A model generated the notes under the pieces. That model had not been told where the DNA came from. It saw only the letters and a program-made list of their open reading frames with translations, and ran no database searches. The position numbers and the translations under genes were made by a program. 64,000 nucleotides of DNA from Macrostomum lignano (taxonomy: Eukaryota), in assembly GCA_002269645.1 (NCBI GenBank), contig NIVC01001748.1:1-64000 (forward strand), written 5' to 3'. Below, piece by piece: positions 57,266 through 64,000 of this stretch (within the stretch, counting starts at the first letter, position 1; each line of letters starts with the position of its first letter).

Positions 57266-60200
57266 GATTCATCACCTCAACGACGCCAAGGAGCGGCCGC
57301 TGCGTCAGCTGACGAAATCGAAAACCCTCAGCAGGAGGGGATTCGAGTCCTGGACTTCGCCGCTGCCAGAGCCACCGAGCTGCAGCACCTGGAGTCTCAG
57401 CTGGGCCTGGTGTCCAGCGGCTTCGTCCACGGACTGCAGCGGCTTCCCCGGCGAATGCGACGACGGGCGGCCAGTCATAATCCGCGTCGGTTGCCGTTGC
57501 GACTCCGGCGCTCGACGTTCAACGAGGCCCAGGCGCTGATGGCCAAGCAGAAGCTGCGCCGGCAGCAGAAGAAACGCTTGAAGCGACTGTTCCGAAGGCG
57601 GAACCGGACTAGGCTGGGGAAAGAGCGGCCTGATTGGCTGGCCACGCACCTGTGGCACGCCAAGCGATTTCATATGGTGACCAAGTGAGTGCATTCTTGG
57701 CTGAACTAATTGCGTATGAAAACTGAACCTGTTGCTTAACAACGCATCTAACAACCCATGGGAACCGCCCCTGATAACCCTTGAGAATCGCCCCTGATAA
57801 CCCGAGCGAATCGCCCCTGATAACCCTTGAGAATCGCCCCTGATAATCCATAAGAATCGCCCCTGAAAACCCATGAAAATCGCCCCTGTTAATCCTTGAG
57901 AATCGCCCCTGAAAACCCGTGAGAATCTCCCCTGATAAGCCTTGAGAATCGCCCCTGATAACCCTTGAGAATCGCCTCTGATAACCCATGAGAATCGCCC
58001 CTGATAACCCTTGAGAATCGCCCCTGATAACCCTTGAGAGTCGCCCCTGATAACCTATGAGAATCGCCCCTGACAACCCATGAGAATCGCCCCTGACAAC
58101 CCATGGGAATCGCCCCTGACAACCCATGGGAATCGCCCCTGACAACCCATGAGAATCGCCCCTGATAACCCTTGAGAATCGCCCCTGATAACCCTTGAGA
58201 ATCGCCCCTGATAACCCTTGAGAATCGCCCCTGATAAGCCTTGAGAATCTCCCCTGACAACCCATGAGAATCGCCCCTGATAACCCATGAGAATCGCCCC
58301 TGATAACCCTTGAGAATCGCCCCTGATAACCCTTGAGAATCGCCCCTGATAACCCTTGAGAATCGCCCCTGATAAGCCTTGAGAATCTCCCCTGAAAACC
58401 CATGAGAATCGCCCCTGACAACCCATGGGAATCGCCCCTGATAACCCTTGAAAATCTCCCCTGATAACCCTTGAGAATCTTCCCTGATAACCCGGCAGAA
58501 TCGCCCCTGATACGCCCCTGATAACCCTTGAGAATCGCCCCTGACAACCCTTGAGAATCGCCCCTGATAAGCCTTGAGAATCGTCCCTGATAATCCATAA
58601 GAATCGCCCCTGATAACCCGGGACAATCGCGCCTGATAATCCATAAGAATCGCCCCTGAAAACCCATGAGAATCGCCCCTGTTAATCCTTGAGAATCGCC
58701 CCTGAAAACCCGTGAGAATCTCCCCTGATAAGCCTTGAGAATCGCCCCTGATAACCCTTGAGAATCGCCCCTGATAACCCATGAGAATCGCCCCTGATAA
58801 CCCTTGAAAATCTCCCCTGATAACCCTTGAGAATCTCCCCTGATAACCCTTGAGAATCGCCCCTGACAACCCTTGAGAATCGCCCCTGACAACCCGCAGA
58901 ATCGCCCCTGACAACCCGGCAGAATCGTCCCTGACAACCCAGCAGAATCGTCCCTGACAACCCGGCAGAATCGTCCCTGACAACCCAGCAGAATCGTCCC
59001 TGACAAACCGGCACAATCGTCCCTGACAAACCGGCAGAATCGCCCCTGACAACCCGGCAGAATCGCCCCTGACAACCCGGCAGAATCGCCCCTGACAACC
59101 CGGCAGAATCGCCCCTGACAACCCGGCAGAATCGCCCCTGATAACCCGGCAGAATCGCCCCTGACAACCCTTGAGAATCGCCCTCAATAACCAGCTAAAA
59201 CCTGAATCGCACGCCTATCGCAGGTGGGGCTACCGCCTCGCCGAGCGGCCCACCGACAAAATTCTCCGACCGTGTCTTCGCGCAGCCGCCCGCGGCGCTC
59301 TGCTTCACGACGCCTCCTACCTGCACCCCTGCCTGCTCTCAGGCCCCGCATCCAGCCTGGCCAATATCCTGGCTCGCCTATTAGACCCTGATGAAGCTGC
59401 CAGACTCCGCAGCCGCCTGCTATCTGATCGTCAATTCTCGATGAACCTGACTGTACACCGAGTGGACAGCTATCCCTTGAACTGCTTGGGACCGGTGCGG
59501 CTGGACGGTCTGGCCACCGGTACCTGCTGGCTGTGGTGTCATCCATTATTCAGCTCTCAGTTGGCTGTTGAATTGGAGACGGCTGCGAGATCTGATGGGG
59601 AATCTGAGAGCAGCGCCAATCGGGTGGCAGTTGATTGGCAACGAGGCCAGTTTTGTTGTTATCGTCTGCTTGGACCGGCCGTTGAGGATATCATGGACAA
59701 GTTCTTAACGCAACCGCCCGACGGTTGGTGTCCTAGATAATTGTTCATTTATTAGTCTAGTTTTATCCCCAAATAGCCAACACTTTTATCTCCAAATAGC
59801 CCACACTTTTATCCACAAATATCCCACACTTTTATTCACAAATATCCCACACTTTTATCCACAAATATCCTACACTTTTATTCACAAATATCCCACACTT
59901 TTATCCACAAATATCCTACACTTTTATTCACAAAATCCTACAAATTTATCCCCAAATAGCCCACACTTTTATCTCCAAATATCCCACACATTTGTCCCCA
60001 AATATCCCACATATTTATCCCCAAATATCCCACACTTTTATCCCCAAATATCCCACACTTTTATCCACAAATATCCCACACTTTTATTCACAAATATCCC
60101 ACACTTTTATCCACAAATATCCCACACTTTTATCCACAAATATCCCACACTTTTATTCACAAATATCCCACACTTTTATTCACAAATATCCCACACTTTT

Positions 60201-61954
60201 ATTCACAAATATCCCACACTTTTATCCCCAAATATCCTACACTTTTATCCACAAATATCCCACACTTTTATTCACAAATATCCCACACTTTTATTCACAA
60301 ATATCCCACACTTTTATCCACAAATATCCCATACTTTTATCCACAAATATCCCACACTTTTATTCACAAATATCCCACACTTTTATCCACAAATATCCTA
60401 CACTTTTATCCACAAATATCCCACACTTTTATTCACAAATATCCCACACTTTTATCCCCAAATATCCTACACTTTTATCCACAAATATCCCACACTTTTA
60501 TTCACAAATATCCCACACTTTTATCCACAAATATCCCACACTTTTATTCACAAATATCCTACACTTTTATTCACAAAATCCTACAAATTTATCCCCAAAT
60601 AGCCCACACTTTTATCTCCAAATATCCCACACATTTGTCCCCAAATATCCCACATATTTATCCCCAAATATCCCACACTTTTATCCACAAATATCCCACA
60701 CTTTTATTCAAAAATATCCTACACTTTTATTCACAAATATCCTACTAATTTATCTCCAAATATCCCACACTTTTATTCACAAATATCCCACACTTTAATT
60801 CACAAATATCCCACACTTTTATTCACAAATATCCCACACTTTTATTCACAAATATCCCACACTTTTATCCACAAATATCCCACACTTATTCACAAATATC
60901 CTACAAATTTATCTCCAAATATCCCACAAATTTATCCCCAAATATCCCACACATTTGTCCCCTAGTATTTTACATAATTATCCCATCATCACACACTTCT
61001 ATCCCCAAGAACTCAACTCCCATATCTGATCACACCCCAGGCCTCTCAGCCGAAGCCCAGTCCCACTGGAATCGCTGGTTGAATCGTCGAAGTCAGTCAA
61101 GCGACACTCTGCACAGTGTGCAGCTGCTGGTGTCCACCTTGCCAGATCAGCAGCAGTGCCGCGTACCTCGCGACATCGCGACTCTGCCAGCGACCTCCGC
61201 CGTTAGCGACGCTCTCGGTGTGCCGCTGACTTCTTCAACGTCAATAGCAGCGGTTGAAGCCTCTGAAGGTCAGCTGCTCCAGCTTACCCTGCTCCGCCGA
61301 GGCCGCTGTCCTCAGTCGGCGAGCTGGGACATCGTGACACCGCGGCAAGGCTCTGCGGCGTCCTCCGCTCGCCGTGTGTGGTTCTCTCTGGTGTCCCGCT
61401 GCCCCATTCAGGTCGGCGGCCTGCGGGAACTGGCCCTGGCCGAGGCGGAGCTCGAGTCCCAGTCCGCTTGGTCGTTTCCGGCCGGGTTCCCCGACTCGGT
61501 TGCTGCGCCGGCGCCGCTGGGAGACGGCCTGGATCATCTGGTTCGCGACCGGCGGCTGCTGGCGGTCTTGGACCGGCTGGTTCGAGCTCGGCTGCCGGCC
61601 GGGTCGCCAAGATTCACGTCGCACCACGCGTTGATGCTTCGGCCGAGTCTGTCAACGTCCGGAGTTCGAATCCGGATCAGACCGATCGAAGCCGGACTGC
61701 CGAGAGTTGGAGGCGAACTGCTGGCGTGGTGTCGGGATGGCGGCGGCAGCTGGGCCCGTCTGGGACGGGTGCTGGACGGCAGGCAGTCCAACCGGACCGG
61801 TCAGGCCACTGGGGAGGCAGTGGTCTCTCTAATCAGTCTGATTGAATCTGCCAATGAAGGCGGCCGAGGCTTGAACTGCGGCTGGTTCGGGTTCAGAAAT
61901 CCGCGGTCGTCTGCGGTGCGAAAGTGCCGATTGGAAGTGCCGGGGTGGGACTGA
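57266..61954 (+). CDS. POP1: RNase P/MRP protein subunit POP1. Exons 57266-57684, 59224-59723, 61041-61954 (610 codons + stop); no initiator ATG found
   Basis: VLDFAAARATE, LQRLPRRMRRRAASHNPRRLP, WLATHLWHAKRFHM, KWGYRL, LHDASY, WLWCHP, and POPLD-type WDIV...W...GGLRE...FP..FPDS. Splice phases are 2 and 1 and are consistent. Confidence 0.92.
57760..59185. repeat. 23-bp minisatellite (POP1 intron 1)
   Basis: Unit GAATCGCCCCTGATAACCCTTGA; produces the false 432-488 aa minus-strand ORFs. Confidence 0.96.
59780..60960. repeat. 23-bp minisatellite (POP1 intron 2)
   Basis: Unit AATATCCCACACTTTTAT(T/C)CACA. Confidence 0.96.
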
Positions 61955-62039
61955 TCGTTTGAGGATTCGATCTGCGATATTGAATTTCATTTAGGCAATC
62001 TTTAATCTATTACTAACTCATTGTATCATAAACTTCCCT

Positions 62040-62570
62040 AAGTATCCCTTTTCTAAATCCCATTATCCCATTGTTTGAATCCCATTCTCAAGTCCCATTA
62101 TCCCATTCCTAAATCCTATTATCCCATTTCTAAATCCCACTATCTCATTCCTCAATCCCATTATCCCATTCCCAAATCCCATCATCCCATTCCTAAATCT
62201 AATTTTCCCATTCCCAAATCCCATTATCCCATTCCCAAATCCCACCATACCATTCCCATATCTCATTATCCCATTCCTAAATACCATTATCCCATTCCCA
62301 AATCCCATTATCCCATTCCTAAATACCATTATCCCATTCCCAAATCCCATTATCCCATTCCTAAATACCATTATCCCATTCCTAAATGCCATTATCCCAT
62401 TCCTTAGTTCTTTTTTCCCATTCCCAAATCCCATTATCCCATTCCTAAATACCATTATCCCATTCCCAAATCCCATTATCCCATTCCTAAACACCATTAT
62501 CCCATTCCTAAATACCATTGTCCCATTCCTTAGTTCTATTTCCCCATTCCTAAATCCCATAAACACATCC
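62040..62570. repeat. 21-bp minisatellite downstream of POP1
   Basis: Unit ATTCC(C/T)AAAT(C/A)CCATTATCCC. Confidence 0.93.
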
Positions 62571-62999
62571 CTATATTTTCGTTTTCTGTTCCTTAGTTCC
62601 TTTTGACTGACAAGGTTGTTTAACGCAATTATTATTTCCTAATGAAAACTCAATAATGTTTCGTTAAAGCTTTTATATGCGATTGCTGGCATTTGTAATG
62701 CTTTTAATTTAGTCTGAAACGAGAATATAGTTTCAGCTTGATGCCTTTGCGCACATTGCAAATCCGTTTTTGTCGAGGAAAACCGTTTTTGGAAAAAATA
62801 TTTTGCATTTTTTCCTTTTTATCGGCACATTCTACTACATATTTCGCTATTCCTACTTGCAGTAGACTGTTTAGAAGATAGCAGAATATTGATCTCAAAC
62901 TACTGCCGAATTGCCAAATTTGCAACTACGGCTCAATGGAGATGATATCGCCTTTTTTAATATTGCCAAGATAAAAGTTGCAGGGCTGAGATTATAAAA

Positions 63000-63380
63000 A
63001 TAGGATTGAGATTAGGCATAGTCGAGATGAGATACGGATAAGATTTTATATTATACACTGGTGAGATTAGACACGATTGAGAATAGGCACTACTGAGATT
63101 AGACACTGTAGAGATTGCGCAAAAGTGAGATTAGATACTGGAGAGATGAGACACAGGTGAGATGAGAGCAAACTGAGATTAGACACTGGAGAGATTTGAC
63201 ACGAGTGAGATTAGACACTGGAGAGATTAGACACACAGGTGAGATTAGACACTGTAGAGATTAGGCAAAAGTGAGATTAGACCCTAGAGAGATTTGACAC
63301 GAGTGAGATTAGACACAAGTGAGATTAGACACTAGAGGTTAGAAACGAGTGATACAAGACAAAGCTGAGATGAGACGGGG
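63000..63380. repeat. Degenerate ~20-bp repeat
   Basis: GAGATTAGACAC core repeated. Confidence 0.8.
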
Positions 63381-64000
63381 CCAAGATTGACAAGAATATT
63401 AGTTATGCGTATGCTAAGATTCAGTTGAGAATTGGGATTACAGCATTGGGTTAAGCATATAAGTCGCAGTGCTTGTGTAGTTAAGGGCGGTTATAATTAA
63501 TGCAAACAATTCCTTAAGCAGAGAGCAGAGCATAAATTAATAAATGAAGCAACTCCGACACTCTGAAAGAGTGAATAAAATCCAACTGGTTGCGCAACGG
63601 CCAAATTTGCGATGCTCGTGAAGGCAGGGGGGGAGAGAGAAATAGTCAATTTAATACTAGTAGAATTATATTGCTAGAAACTCTTGTGCTACAGTTGAAC
63701 TTACGGATTCAGATGGATGCTTTTTGTCAATAGATTTCTTACTGCAGTACGTCTGCGATCTGTAGCGTGTAACCACGATGTGTAAGCATAGTGTGCTTTG
63801 GGCAATATTGGTAATCAGTTGATCCCTTATTGCTAGCGGGTCAAAATGCTAACTTGCAAGGGGAACTGATGTCTGGATGGGATTAGTTGGTGAAAATTTG
63901 CATGCAAGGCTTGTAGCTTTTATCTGGGATCCTGCTTGTAGATTGCTTCTTACGGCTACATGACTGGAGTGCCCAGTCTAAATGACTAAAGTGCCTAGTC

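Noticed and set aside
57609-59187. Long minus-strand ORFs of 432-488 aa
   Set aside because: They are translations of a 23-bp intronic minisatellite antisense to POP1, cycling through the frames.
30581-62566. Many repetitive ORFs (GIPG, SQLPR, LLGQPP, ISLNG, HSERS, YPTLL, NGIM, S/L-rich)
   Set aside because: All lie within minisatellites or CT tracts in or next to introns whose flanking exons splice correctly without them.

Overview
Eukaryotic genomic DNA with GC-rich exons and introns packed with minisatellites. This style and the gene content suggest a free-living flatworm such as Macrostomum (inference only). Left to right: (1) 1-7494, the right-hand part of a Polinton/Maverick (adintovirus-like) endogenous DNA virus. 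It carries the start of an adenain-like protease, a frameshifted protein-primed PolB, an adenovirus-pX-like small protein, an rve integrase, a parvovirus-type phospholipase A2, a long hairpin, a spliced coiled-coil+RING gene flanked by an inverted coding repeat, and a putative AGTAG terminus. (2) A minus-strand STRA6-like receptor gene (7-8 exons, 8235-17893) whose C-terminal half is absent, so the virus probably lies in its intron; one intron holds an in-frame 7-aa heptad minisatellite. (3) A single-coding-exon amidated neuropeptide precursor. (4) A 5'-truncated LINE with an open RT ORF, then a nearly CpG-free AT-rich zone. (5) A complete 15-exon ANKAR gene (1432 aa). (6) A 3-exon POP1 gene (RNase P/MRP) with no initiator ATG of its own, which fits initiation from a trans-spliced leader AUG. 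Most long ORFs in the supplied track are artefacts of tandem repeats. Exon boundaries were derived by hand from GT/AG sites, phase consistency and remembered family motifs; no database searches were run.
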